Source: Naegleria gruberi (Eukaryota). From it: a DNA stretch of 64,000 nt. A program made the position numbers and the translations under genes. Below, piece after piece: positions 1 to 10,852 of the stretch (within the stretch, counting starts at the first letter, position 1; each line of letters opens with the position of its first letter). The notes under the pieces were generated by a model. The model was not told where the DNA came from, ran no database searches, and was given only the letters and a program-made list of their open reading frames with translations. Where the stretch lies: NCBI GenBank assembly GCA_000004985.1, contig GG738887.1; one strand, written 5' to 3'.

Positions 1-1
1 C

Positions 2-3000
2 ACTGGACCAGGTGATTGTACATGTTTACCTGAATGGGGTGGAAGTATTTGTCAATATTTCAAGTGTTTCAACAAGACACATGTTGATCCAAAGGTTTGC
101 TCTGCACATGGTCAATGTATGTCCTTTAATAATTGTTCATGTGATTCGAGATGGTTTGGCAAAGATTGTAGTGTGACCACTTGTTTTGCGAAATTATCAA
201 ACGATTCGAATGTAGTTTGTTCCTCACATGGTCAATGTTTAAATCCAGATCAGTGCACTTGCAACAATGGATATAGTGGAAGTGAGTGTGAATATAGAGT
301 GTGCTATGGTTTGAATCATACAGATGCAAATGTTTGTTCTTCACATGGTCAATGTACAGCACCAAATACTTGTAAATGTGAAAATGGTTTCGTTGGAGAT
401 AATTGTGAATATCATCAAGTTTATTTGGATATTGCAAATGCATTGATTTATTCAAATTATGATTCTCTTCTCAATATTTCAAGAAATGCCAGTGTTAATG
501 ATCAACAAGTATTGAATAGTGAATGTTCAGATTTATTGGAAAGTTCAGAATTGGCCAAATTGGGTGAAAGTGATTTGATTTCATGTTATTGGACCAATAA
601 TTATTTTAAAATCAAATTGGGATATAATCACATGATTCAACATTTATCAACATTGAAATTGAATTATTTCAATATTTCACTGCAAGTCAATTCAAATTCA
701 TCATTAACTTTACTCAACCAGAGAACATTCGCTTCTTCAATGGATGTTTTATTGTTATCCATTCCATCCACACAAGATTTCATTATCAAATCTAACAGTG
801 ATGATTATTATCATACATTCAAGAAAATATCAAAGAGTTGGACATGTGAAAATTGTCCTCAATCACTTGTCAATTATTTAACAAATTATGAGAATAAGAG
901 TATGATTTTAATACCAAGTACATTATTGAATAGTATTCCATTGGATTCTTCCTATTCAAAAATTCTATCACTCAAGTATTCGTCAATGAATTCCATTCAA
1001 AAATTATTGACATCAAGTGACAAGACAAGAATTGAATCGAGTAAGAATTTACCACCCTATTTCACATGGCATGGTGAGAATGTGAAGGATGCACAATTTA
1101 AATGTGTTGGTCATAATTGTATTGTGGAAAGTTCATTGAATTCAATGAATAGTTCAATTTCATTCACATTCTCTGGATTTTTCAGTTTATTGAATTCACA
1201 ATTTTCACAAAAACAAATGTTCAGATTGGTGAATGTTTATAATAATGAATTGGTTGATAGTGAATATTCATCCAATGCACAAATTGTTGGATTTCAATTG
1301 AAAACTTATGTTTCCACTTCACTTTCTTATTATTTCTCCTACACAACATTTGATAGATTGGATCATGTTTTAACCAATGTTAATAGAACTCTATCTCTTT
1401 CTGATGATTCTACATTTGCAATTTCAATTTTCAATCCAGATCCATTCATTTCAACCTTCACCTTATCAGATTATTTCACATACAATTATGAATTTTATCA
1501 AGTCAACTCAATTTCTAATAGCAATTTAAAGTTAATAACAAGTAGTAATCAAAAATCATTGAATATAGATGCTACCCAATTGAATTTATCAGAGGGAACA
1601 TATCTAGTCAACTTGACACTCACAGTTTCCAAATCTTATGTCACAATTCCATATTATTTTTTCGGATATATTCAATTGCATTCTCAATCAAATGTTCCAA
1701 AATTAACAATTGATCAATTACCTGCTATTTATGCTTCTAATAAGGATTTACAATTGAAAGTCTTGATTCAATCATCAAGTTCTATTTTAAACTATAAATG
1801 GAAATTAAAAGATGGTATTGTAAAGGAAAGAGAATTAATTGAACAATTATTACAAAATTCACAATTGACTCAACTCACATCTAACGTGTATAAGAGTGAA
1901 ATTACAATTAATAGTCAATATTTATTGGAAGGTGAATTTATTTCATTTGATTTTTCAGTTTCGAATATGAATGGCATTTCAAATGTTTCACTTTCAACAA
2001 GAATTGACGAATCTCCAAGATTTTCATGTGAATATTTCAACCTAAAGAATGAATTTACAAATTATGCATTTGAAAGTTTACTTTCCATTTCATGTTTCAA
2101 TTTACCTGAAGAACCAATTTCAAGTTTCAATATTGAATTTCATTCACAGAAAAATGGAAAGAGAATGAATGTCATTTCGAATACTTTGAAAAAGAATGTC
2201 ATTACAAGAATACCTTTCTATTCATTTGATGAACAGCAGGTGAATCTTGTTGTGAAATTAGTGAATAGATATGGTTCAGTTTCACAAATTTCAAGAAATA
2301 TTTCAGTTTTACCTCCATTGACCATTTACAATTCAGGAAATTCAATTGCATCAAGATTTAATTATCTGAAACAATCTTATTATAATTTGAAATTGAATGA
2401 ACCATTGAGAATTGATACTGCTCATTCAATTTATTCCTTAATGAGTATTCTCATTCAAAACGAAACCATTTCGAATATTACAAGACAATTAGTCAATGAA
2501 ATATCAAGCAATGAATTGTCAACATTTAATTCTCTATTGAAAGATATGATTATTCAATTGAAGAGCATTCAATCATTGAGTTACAAAGTTGATGAAAAGT
2601 TTATTCAACTTTCACTTCCAATCATTTCACAAATTTATTCGATTTTGGATAATTTATCATTGGATGACAGTTGGGTTTCAGATATTTCTACATGGCTTGA
2701 TTGGATTTATTCTGGAATGTCAAGTGCAAAACAATATTATTCTGAAACATTGTTAGCAACTATACTTTCGAATGAACATTATGAAGAATTGAAATTAATT
2801 CAAAATATACTTTCTAATAGATATTCGAATCGATTGGACAAACAAGAATTGATTTCAAAATATAGAGCTCAATATTTAATGTTGACCGGTTTATCAGATG
2901 ATTCATCCTATCAAGTTTATCCAGTTGAAGTTGCTTCTCAATTGAATGGCAAGTCAATCATGACAACTATCAATCAAGAAATTCAAATCCAAGCCACACT

Positions 3001-4546
3001 TCCATCAGATTTAACCAGTCAATTGTCAAGTATTTCAGATAATTCACAATTATTCTTTTCATCTTCTCTAATTAGCAATGACAAGACATTGAATAATATT
3101 TTATCAAATATACCTGTTTTGGACTTGTCAATTTATTCATCAGATGGATCATTGACAAGTGTGAATAATTTATTGAATCCAATTCAAGTGAAATTTAATA
3201 ATCTCTTTACAGATTACAAAGTTAACACTAATTTATCATGTGTTTATTTTGATTCTTCATTGAATACATGGTCAACCAATGGAATTTCATTCAAATCAAC
3301 AATTACAAAACAAGAAAATGGAAAATTATACTTTGATATGGAATGTAACACAACTCACTTGTCATTATTCTCAGTTCAAGAATTGGATTTTGTTTATCCA
3401 GCAAACTCCACTTCAACTGACTCTAATTTGGGATTAATTCTTGGATTGGCACTTGGCATTTCAATTCCAGTAATTTTATTGATCATTCTTGCATTTATTA
3501 TCATTGTAATTGTGTTATCAGTATTTGTTTGGAGATTGAAAAAGAAGAGTAAGGCACAAATGGCTAAATTTGATATTGAAATGACAGGAACAGACTTCCC
3601 GTCAGATGCCAGCATGTTCTTGACACCTCTTGTCAGCGTTTCAGGAAGCTCAAGTAATAATGAAAGTTTTAATCCACTTTCAAGATATTTAGATTTGGTC
3701 AGAATAGGACAAGGTGCATTTGGATCAGTTTTCAGGGCAATGGACTCAAAAACCAATACAATGAAAGCAATTAAGGTGATGAGATATCAATCCAATGAAG
3801 AATTGAATGGATTTATGAAGGAAGGAACTCAATTAATGAATGTGAGCCATCCAAATATTTTGAAAGTGAATGATTTCTTCATTAGTCAAGATAATTTATT
3901 GTGTATTGATATGGATTTTTATGAGAAGGGAGATTTGGTTCAATTGACTTATGATTCTTTCATTTGTTCTGAAAAGATCTTGTTGCAAATTATTTATCAA
4001 ATGTTGAATGCATTGAATTTTATTCACACATCAATGAAACTCATTCACAGAGATATCAAACCATCAAATATTTTCATCAAATCAATTGACAATGATCATA
4101 TTGAAATTGTAATTGCAGATTTTGGATTGGCAAGAGCTGATCAAGGTTCTGCTCACAAATCATATGCTGGAACTCCTCTCTTTATGGTATGTTTGTTGTA
4201 TTTTATATTCAAATTTAATCCATATTTCTAATAATTCTTTATTGGAAACTTTCAGTCACCTGAACTTGGATATGGTGGAAAATACTATTTCAATACAGAT
4301 ATTTATAGTTTAGGAGTAACACTTTATCAAATCATGACCAAAGACACTCAAACTTCAATCAGTCAATTATTAATTACCAAAGATAAAATTGAAGTGAATG
4401 CAATTCTCAAACAAAAATTTGAAGAATGCAAAATTTACTCATCCAACCTCATTGATTTGGTCATTTCAATGTTAGAAAAGGATTTAACAATCAGACCACA
4501 AGCAAAAACTCTCCTCAATAATCCACTCTTCAAATCATTCCAATAA
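2..4546 (+). CDS. Receptor-like Ser/Thr protein kinase with tenascin-type EGF-like repeats, large Ser/Asn-rich ectodomain and one TM helix. 5' partial: the ORF is open to the window edge. Exons 2..4186 and 4256..4546; intron 4187..4255 (69 nt, GTATGT...TTTCAG).
   Basis: Repeated CSSHGQC..C.C..G..G..CEY EGF-like units at the N-terminus. Hydrophobic TM segment ILGLALGISIPVILLIILAFIIIVIVLSVFVW followed by basic RLKKKSK. Kinase subdomains GQGAFGSV, AIKV, HRDIKPSNIF, DFGLA. Splicing joins GTPLFM to SPELGYGG (APE-like subdomain VIII) and continues in frame to TAA at 4544-4546. Confidence 0.8.
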
Positions 4547-4841
4547 ATCCTTTGTAATATTTTACATAAATGATGATTTACATTCATCTGGAGTAGTTGA
4601 AAAAGATGGTAAAATCCACCAATAATCTCATTTCCCATGGTTCCTTCAGCTCCGCATTATTTCCTCCGTTCTATGTAGCTATCAAGTAAGGGTAACCTTC
4701 ATTACTAATTAGATTCATTTTAGAATCCAAGCACTGGAATCATGATGATCATAAAAGGTCGTTTTTGCTTCAAGAAGATAACTTTCAAATTCAAAAAGAA
4801 AGTCACCACACACCAACCACAATATATTTCACAAACACAAA

Positions 4842-5227
4842 ATGGAATCTCAACCACTCGCCTATAACACCAGTGATCAATTGCCACCTAATAGCACTGC
4901 CGAACCAATTCTTATTTTACTTCTTAATTTCTTGTTTGCTGGTTTGGGACATTTAGTGTTGGGTCAAGTAAGTAATCTTGCTAATGTGTTGAAGAAGAGT
5001 GTCTAATCATCGTGTTGTTCTTCTTATGTGTTGTCTAGTCCGGAAAGGGTATTACCTATATTGTTATTAATTTCCTTCTCTTCTTCTTGATTGTTTTATT
5101 GAGTTTTGTCTTTATTGGCATTTGCATCCTTCCACTTCAAATTGTTTGGTGGGTGATGGTTATGGTTGATGGATATGTCATTGCTCAACGTTTGAAGGAA
5201 GGAAAGGCTGTAAGAAAGGGAGAGTAA
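4842..5227 (+). CDS. Small (~104 aa) two-TM membrane protein. Exons 4842..4967 and 5039..5227; intron 4968..5038 (GTAAGT...TCTAG).
   Basis: ATG at 4842. The splice restores the frame between ...FAGLGHLVLGQ and SGKGITYIVINFLLFF...VWWVMVMVDGYVIAQRLKEGKAVRKGE, ending at TAA. Two hydrophobic helices. Confidence 0.5.
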
Positions 5228-5643
5228 GTAGTAACAATAGTTTCACATTATTAACTGTGTTGTTGAAATCTTATCTACAATAGATGTGCTTTTTCTATTA
5301 CCAAGTTTGGAGTTTCCCTCTTTGAAAGTTCTGAAGTTTTTGTTCAATAAATTATCAATTTCTGAGCTAGGCGGCTTACATTCATAATAAATGATATCTC
5401 CTAATGAGCTTACTTTAAGCAAATTCACTTTGTGTACAGTTAAATTCAGAGGGGAAATAATGTTCCTTCAAATCCAAAACCTTCTTTAAAAAGTAACTCC
5501 AAATATTCCAATAGTAACCCCTTGAATCCTTGAACCTACACTTTCAAAGATATCCCGCGCTACAGAACATTCAACAATATTACAACTTTCCCGCCTTTAA
5601 ATATCGCATCATTGGACATCAACAGGAGAATTATTCAAAAAAA

Positions 5644-6048
5644 ATGCATGCAAAACACTTGCTCATTTCCTCTGGATTGGTTGAAATTTGTTGGGCCATA
5701 GTGTTGGGTTGGTATCTTGCATTGTCTATTATTGCCAGACCAAGGAAAATTCCTCCTTTCAATAATTTTCGTCGAGTTTTGCAGGCACACATTGATTATA
5801 TATTGATGGGAATGTTGCAGATGGGTGTGGCTGTGGCTACGAGTGATGTGATGGTTCTTCCTGATTGGGTTGTAAAGATGTTTGTGTTTGGAGCTTGGGC
5901 AAATGCTAGCTCGTTTTTAATTTTTGCAGTTTCTGAAGATTATGTGAATTATATGGTGGTAAAGATATTTTCAGTGATTAGTTTTCTTTCGTTGACAATT
6001 GTATTTCCTTATATAGCCATGGAATATATTTCAAAGACTATGGAATGA
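5644..6048 (+). CDS. Hypothetical 134-aa multi-TM membrane protein.
   Basis: ATG at 5644 inside track ORF 5530..6048. Four hydrophobic segments. TGA stop. No recognisable family. Confidence 0.35.
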   Translation: MHAKHLLISSGLVEICWAIVLGWYLALSIIARPRKIPPFNNFRRVLQAHIDYILMGMLQMGVAVATSDVMVLPDWVVKMFVFGAWANASSFLIFAVSEDYVNYMVVKIFSVISFLSLTIVFPYIAMEYISKTME

Positions 6049-6280
6049 AAGTAAAGTTTTACTGAATCTCTTTTATCTTCATCATTGTACTATTGATTGA
6101 GAAATGATTCGTTTGGATTTGAATTTTGGAATTGTCTTCACTCTCCTTTGGTTGAGTAGTTAATGATACTTTTCCAATAATCCACAAATCACCATGTGAT
6201 GAATAAATCGGATTAATTTCAAATGATTTTAATTTTCAAAAAATTCCATTGAAAAAAGAAAAACATAAATGTGGAATGAA

Positions 6281-6288
6281 AAAAAACG
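6281..6288 (-). terminator. Pol III oligo-T terminator (T-run of 7-8) directly 3' of the tRNA-like gene.
   Basis: Minus strand reads ...GTGGTCGACCACGTTTTTTTTCATTCC. Confidence 0.5.
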
Positions 6289-6292
6289 TGGT

Positions 6293-6420
6293 CGACCACG
6301 GTGGGGCTCGAACCCACATCTTTTTCTACGAAAGAAATGCGAATTGTTAATTGCAGTTAAGTTTCAGTACTGAAACCATTTGTTCTTCTGCTTTTTCCAA
6401 TTAAGCTACGTGGCCAATAA
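6293..6420 (-). tRNA. tRNA-like Pol III gene. It has canonical acceptor and T arms and A/B boxes, but a ~50-nt insertion (intron-like, containing a perfect hairpin GTTTCAGTACTGAAAC) sits between the D arm and the T arm. Anticodon could not be assigned.
   Basis: Minus-strand read begins GGCCACG-TA-GCTTAATTGGAAAAAGC and ends GTGGGTTCGAGCCCCAC-CGTGGTC-G. The 7-bp acceptor pairs with one G-U. T-arm GTGGG/TTCGAGC/CCCAC. A-box-like TAGCTTAATTGG and B-box GGTTCGAGCCC. Immediately followed by ACCA and a T8 Pol III terminator (plus 6281-6288). Confidence 0.5.
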
Positions 6421-7195
6421 ACAATGCTTTACTTTCTCGACTACACCAAGAATAATATCTTTTTATTAGCCAATTTGGTTCAAAAATATTATAAATATCA
6501 AGTGCCATTAAAACGAAGTACAATATTGAACAACTGTAAACAGTAGTCTGAATAACGTAGTTTATTGTTGATTACTTCAAAAAAACAAAACCACCTCTAC
6601 AATGAAGTACCTTAGTCGGAAACAATTACACAATTGGTGTAACAACAACATCTGAGAGAAGAACAAAAATTGTCCTCCAGCAATTTCTACGTACTTTGGG
6701 CGACTACCTACAACCCAAAACACTTGGACAATTCTGTATGGTTACTAAGCAAGGAAGGCAATAAGGTAAACTTGATTACATTTTCGAGCCTCTGAAGCAG
6801 AATTAGGTTTTTATTGGTGTAAATTTGTTGCAAAATATGCAGGATTTCCTACAATTATTATCTGGATCATATATCTGATTTATTTCTTTGAATGTATCCC
6901 ACATTCATTCGAACCAGAAAAGTTAATTGTGAAAAAACCACTATAGATACCTAATCTTTCTGATGAAGAACCTCACTTTCCCAAAGTACTAGAACAGGAA
7001 TTACTTCCAAACGAACTTTGACTAACTATTACTACAATATGTTTCTACTTTAGCTTCTACAGTAATATGGAATATGTTAATGATGCCCCAAACGCTTCAA
7101 CTCCATTATCAAAGAATCATGATTTACGATAAATCTGATAGGAAAATAGTGGAGATAATTACCTAACTTTGTTTTAGTAATTTAAAGTTTGTAAT

Positions 7196-8143
7196 TTATT
7201 TAAAACTTTTTCCTAATAAAATATGATTAAGTGAATCTGGAAGAATATGATTTTGGAAAAAGTCCAATCCAAAGTCTGCAGTCTTCAGTTCAGTCTCATG
7301 ATCAAGGTATTCTGGAATGAGATGATAAGGCTTGTATCCATATTTGTCCTCATAATTAATGGTTTCTGGAGCAATTTCAATAAACGGCTTGATTAATTGA
7401 TATCTCCTCTTGTTAGTGAAACAGTAGTGAAGAGGAGTTTGATTGTTGAATGAGGATTTTTGATAGAGAAGTTTAGGATACTTTCTTGCCAATCTCTCAA
7501 TAATGGAATTTGAAATATCTGATTGCAAAAGTACTACAAATTTGGAAGCTCCATTATTTTCAGATTCTAGATAGGTGATATCGCAGTAATTTTCCAATAT
7601 GAAACTTGACAATAGCTCTGGTTGACCATCTACAATTCGTAACAAGTCCAAATTTTCACTATTTTGAATGTATGGAATTAATTGAGCTAGATAGTAAATA
7701 ACCATTGTGGAATTTCTAAAGCTCCAAATTAGAGTTTCAAATTTGTCCACGTTAATATAATTCGGAATAGTTTTCAATTTTTCAATCGTTAATTTCACAC
7801 CAATATTTCCAAAAATAGTACACAAATCGAAAATAACTTCAGGACAAATTGTAATATCATAACCCCAGACAATAACATCCAAGAGTTTTCTGCTGCGATC
7901 ACTTGGATTAATACTTCCATGATAATTCAATCTTGCTTGATTGACATTCATTAAGTGAAGGTAGTATTGAACAAATGCCTCATCTAATTGAGTTTTAGAT
8001 TTGTGCCACTCGAATGGATAACCATTATTAGCAAAGTACTTAATCAATTCCTTCTTTTGGTGGGTGTCGAAAAAATTAGCTCCAAAGATTGGATCCTTTA
8101 TCTCCTCGGATTCGATTGAATGTGAAGGTGATTTCATTGGCAT
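7196..8143 (-). CDS. Hypothetical protein (315 aa). A protein-like upstream ORF at 8336..8146 in a +1 frame may be a 5' exon or a separate uORF.
   Basis: ATG at 8143, TAA stop. The upstream ORF MFSFGTVAEPAITFGGVAAVFD... overlaps it out of frame, and no convincing splice was found. Confidence 0.45.
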   Translation of the reverse strand: MPMKSPSHSIESEEIKDPIFGANFFDTHQKKELIKYFANNGYPFEWHKSKTQLDEAFVQYYLHLMNVNQARLNYHGSINPSDRSRKLLDVIVWGYDITICPEVIFDLCTIFGNIGVKLTIEKLKTIPNYINVDKFETLIWSFRNSTMVIYYLAQLIPYIQNSENLDLLRIVDGQPELLSSFILENYCDITYLESENNGASKFVVLLQSDISNSIIERLARKYPKLLYQKSSFNNQTPLHYCFTNKRRYQLIKPFIEIAPETINYEDKYGYKPYHLIPEYLDHETELKTADFGLDFFQNHILPDSLNHILLGKSFK

Positions 8144-8874
8144 TGGTGACTGTTTCAGCTGTTCTGGCTTGTTTGAGGAGAGAGGCTAGTTTAGTACGGA
8201 TTAGTTCTGTTTCGTTTAATAATTCTGTTAAATATTTAACAAGGTTAACACGTGTGGTTGCTGAAGGGATATCGAATACTGCTGCAACACCTCCGAATGT
8301 TATTGCTGGTTCAGCAACAGTACCAAAAGAAAACATTTTTTTACATGTGATTCTTATAGGCTAATTGATAATTTCCAGTTTCTTACGGGAGACAAGACTT
8401 TAGAACATAATGAATAACAATAAAAGTCTTTAAATTAAGGTTACATTCATTTCATGTGTTCAATATAGTTCCTTGCAAGGATGATGAGTGGATTGACATC
8501 AAAACGTCTGAATTGGAAATTCGTCGTTGAAGGTCCAAATCCAATTCAATTGTTCAATTATCATATGAAATTCTCCATCACAATTGGCTCCATAATAATT
8601 CGAATCACATTTACAATATTTTGCTGAACGCCCCAAATAGCAAACAGATAAAAAGACTACAGCACCACAGGTTCCCAAGTTGTCTCCAACCTCAGTACTG
8701 ATGTGGCTCGACGATGCTTAACTTCTCAAATCGGACGGGATGAGGTGCATTCATCGTGATATGGCCGTAGCCATTCAATAGTGCAAAATTTGAAATATTA
8801 ATGTCAAATTACATAAATGTCTTGCAAGTTTGTTGATGATGTTACTAAATGTAAATAACAAAATGTCAAAAGGT

Positions 8875-9480
8875 GCATCTCTATTGAGAGCTTTTTATTA
8901 TTGAAAATAAATAAAATCAGACCACACAAATTTTTTGTGCTTGAAGTTTTGTTTGGAATAATAAATTTGTGATTTGTGTTTGTGAAGTTGGCCATTTTAT
9001 TTTACACAAACAAATATTTGCAACAAATTTCACTGAGGTACCCAGACATGCCTTCAAGTAATAGAAAATGGTCCAATTATTCATAGCATTCATATTCTAT
9101 CGCCTAAATACGTATTTTAACTGGTTTACCTGTTGATGATTTCTCATGTTGGCTTTTAATATTAAATACCTACGGAAGACAAAAATCTGACAGAAATAAT
9201 AAATTCAATTCAGAAAAATTCCAAATCCATTAATTAGTAATCCAATAGCATCCAATATTTGAAGGTGATTAGTATTGGTCTTCATGAAAACATGTTGATA
9301 CGTGTGATGACGTGATGGTGAAGATCCTTCAAGGCATTTTTTATTATGCAATTATCAAATATTTGTGTAAAATAAAATGGCCAGTCAGCACAAACACAAA
9401 TCACAAATTTTCGGTTTGTGTAGTTGGAATTTATTTGCTTTCAAAAATAAAAAGCTCTCATTGGATTCATTATTTTCAGA
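8875..9480. repeat. Imperfect inverted repeat. Arms ~8875-9022 and ~9340-9480 (~150 bp, ~75-80% identity) separated by a ~320-bp spacer. Possible foldback/MITE-like element or inverted duplication.
   Basis: Left arm gagagctttttatt...aaatttgtgatttgtgtttgtgaagttggccattttattttacacaaacaaatatttg. Right arm is its reverse complement: caaatatttgtgtaaaataaaatggccag...cacaaacacaaatcacaaattt...aaaaagctctc. Track ORFs 8804..8995(-) and 9312..9581(+) both contain TNTNHKF, which reflects the same repeat. Confidence 0.6.
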
Positions 9481-9577
9481 ACAAAAACACCAAATGGATT
9501 ATATTATTCAGCATTGATTGTAACCCCATCTCCAATAAATCCTGGCTGCCCATTTCAAGAATGCTTAAACAACTTGT

Positions 9578-10714
9578 TTAAAACTTGCTTTTCTTTGATT
9601 TTGTTGTGGATTCACTTGCTTTACGTTTTTTTCCACATTCTTCATTTGTTTTCATGAATGAATCAAGGTAAATGGCAGGTTGATCAAAATCAGACTCTTG
9701 CAATTTCTCACGAAATTCATCCTTCATTTTTGACTTTCCAAGAAGGAATGGACTAAACCAATGATAGAGTAGTGTATTGTAAACTTTGTTAACTTTCAAT
9801 TCTTTTGGTATGTCATCTTGTTTCACACAGAGAAAATTGTTCATAATTGAGTAAGTAGTTTCATATGTGGATAGATGATAGGTAGTTTCAGCGTAGAATA
9901 ACTGATTTTCACCATTGGAAACTTCTTCTTTAAAGTAGGCATAATCTATTTGAACAACGTAATCTCCTCTAAAGCTAATATTCAAGGGATAACCAAATCC
10001 CATGAATATGACCGTCTCAATATTAAAACCTCCTTGTTCATGATTAAATTTTTCTCGAATTGGTGTGATTGACTTGATAAATAATTGTTTCAGTGGGCCA
10101 CCTTTCCAAAATCTTGAAACATTGTTAATTTCATACCTATGACCATTATCTGTAATGATTAAATCACAATCATAGTATTCTGTAAAGACCTCCTCAAATA
10201 TTTTCAATCGTAGACTCAAAGCTTTGTGTTCATCTCCAAGTCTGCTTAACATTGAATCGGTAACATTGTCATCACACTCAATCGAATATTGTGAAACTAA
10301 ATTTTTCAATTTTATCTTTGGCAATAAAGAACAATCAACATATTCCTTAAAAACAGCCTGCATGGATGAATAGTTTGGACTTGTATTTGACTGCTGACCA
10401 ATCTGACATGGATCGAATTCCTCATCACCATAACCAATATCATCGAATGAAATAGTGCTAACAATAGGTTTAAAATTTTCAACTCGTTCCTCCAAAAGCT
10501 TAACTTGCTCATCATTTAAATTCAACAATGAATGAACAAGATAACTCTTGGCAAAGTGCTCGGAATTGAAAACATTATAAAATACTTGATTGATCAATGG
10601 CGGTTGATTTTTAATCCAATCGCAAACATGGGTAAAGGAGAGAATTTTCTCTACGAGCAATGCTTCACAAAAAATGGAAGCAACAGGGCGAATAGAACAA
10701 CAGAGTTCAGACAT
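9578..10714 (-). CDS. Hypothetical protein (378 aa) with a lysine-rich C-terminal tail.
   Basis: ATG at 10714, single uninterrupted ORF, TAA stop. Tail KKRKASESTTKSKKSKF resembles an NLS. No family recognised. Confidence 0.45.
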   Translation of the reverse strand: MSELCCSIRPVASIFCEALLVEKILSFTHVCDWIKNQPPLINQVFYNVFNSEHFAKSYLVHSLLNLNDEQVKLLEERVENFKPIVSTISFDDIGYGDEEFDPCQIGQQSNTSPNYSSMQAVFKEYVDCSLLPKIKLKNLVSQYSIECDDNVTDSMLSRLGDEHKALSLRLKIFEEVFTEYYDCDLIITDNGHRYEINNVSRFWKGGPLKQLFIKSITPIREKFNHEQGGFNIETVIFMGFGYPLNISFRGDYVVQIDYAYFKEEVSNGENQLFYAETTYHLSTYETTYSIMNNFLCVKQDDIPKELKVNKVYNTLLYHWFSPFLLGKSKMKDEFREKLQESDFDQPAIYLDSFMKTNEECGKKRKASESTTKSKKSKF

Positions 10715-10852
10715 TTTTTAAGTTTTTTTTATTTACTAACCGGTACTAAGTTGTGCATGTTCAAAGGTGTTGTAACAGATGATGATTACATCTCACACTC
10801 AATTGATTGAGAAATGATTAGTTTGGATTTAAATTTTGGAAAGTCGATTTAT

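Noticed and set aside
126-455. Minus-strand ORFs of 60-120 aa nested inside larger genes (for example 126..455, 3394..3756, 4435..4638, 22466..22852, 23398..23682, 34644..34877, 47379..47630 and 49524..49763).
   Set aside because: They are antisense to well-supported coding exons. They have low-complexity, AT-codon-biased translations and no motifs. They are the expected shadow ORFs of an AT-rich coding strand.
5222-5283. Possible additional intron (GA|GTAAGT...CAATAG) extending the small TM gene 4842..5227 past its TAA.
   Set aside because: The TAA at 5225-5227 gives a complete, plausible C-terminus. The alternative adds only ~20 low-information residues before another stop. There is no support without transcript data.
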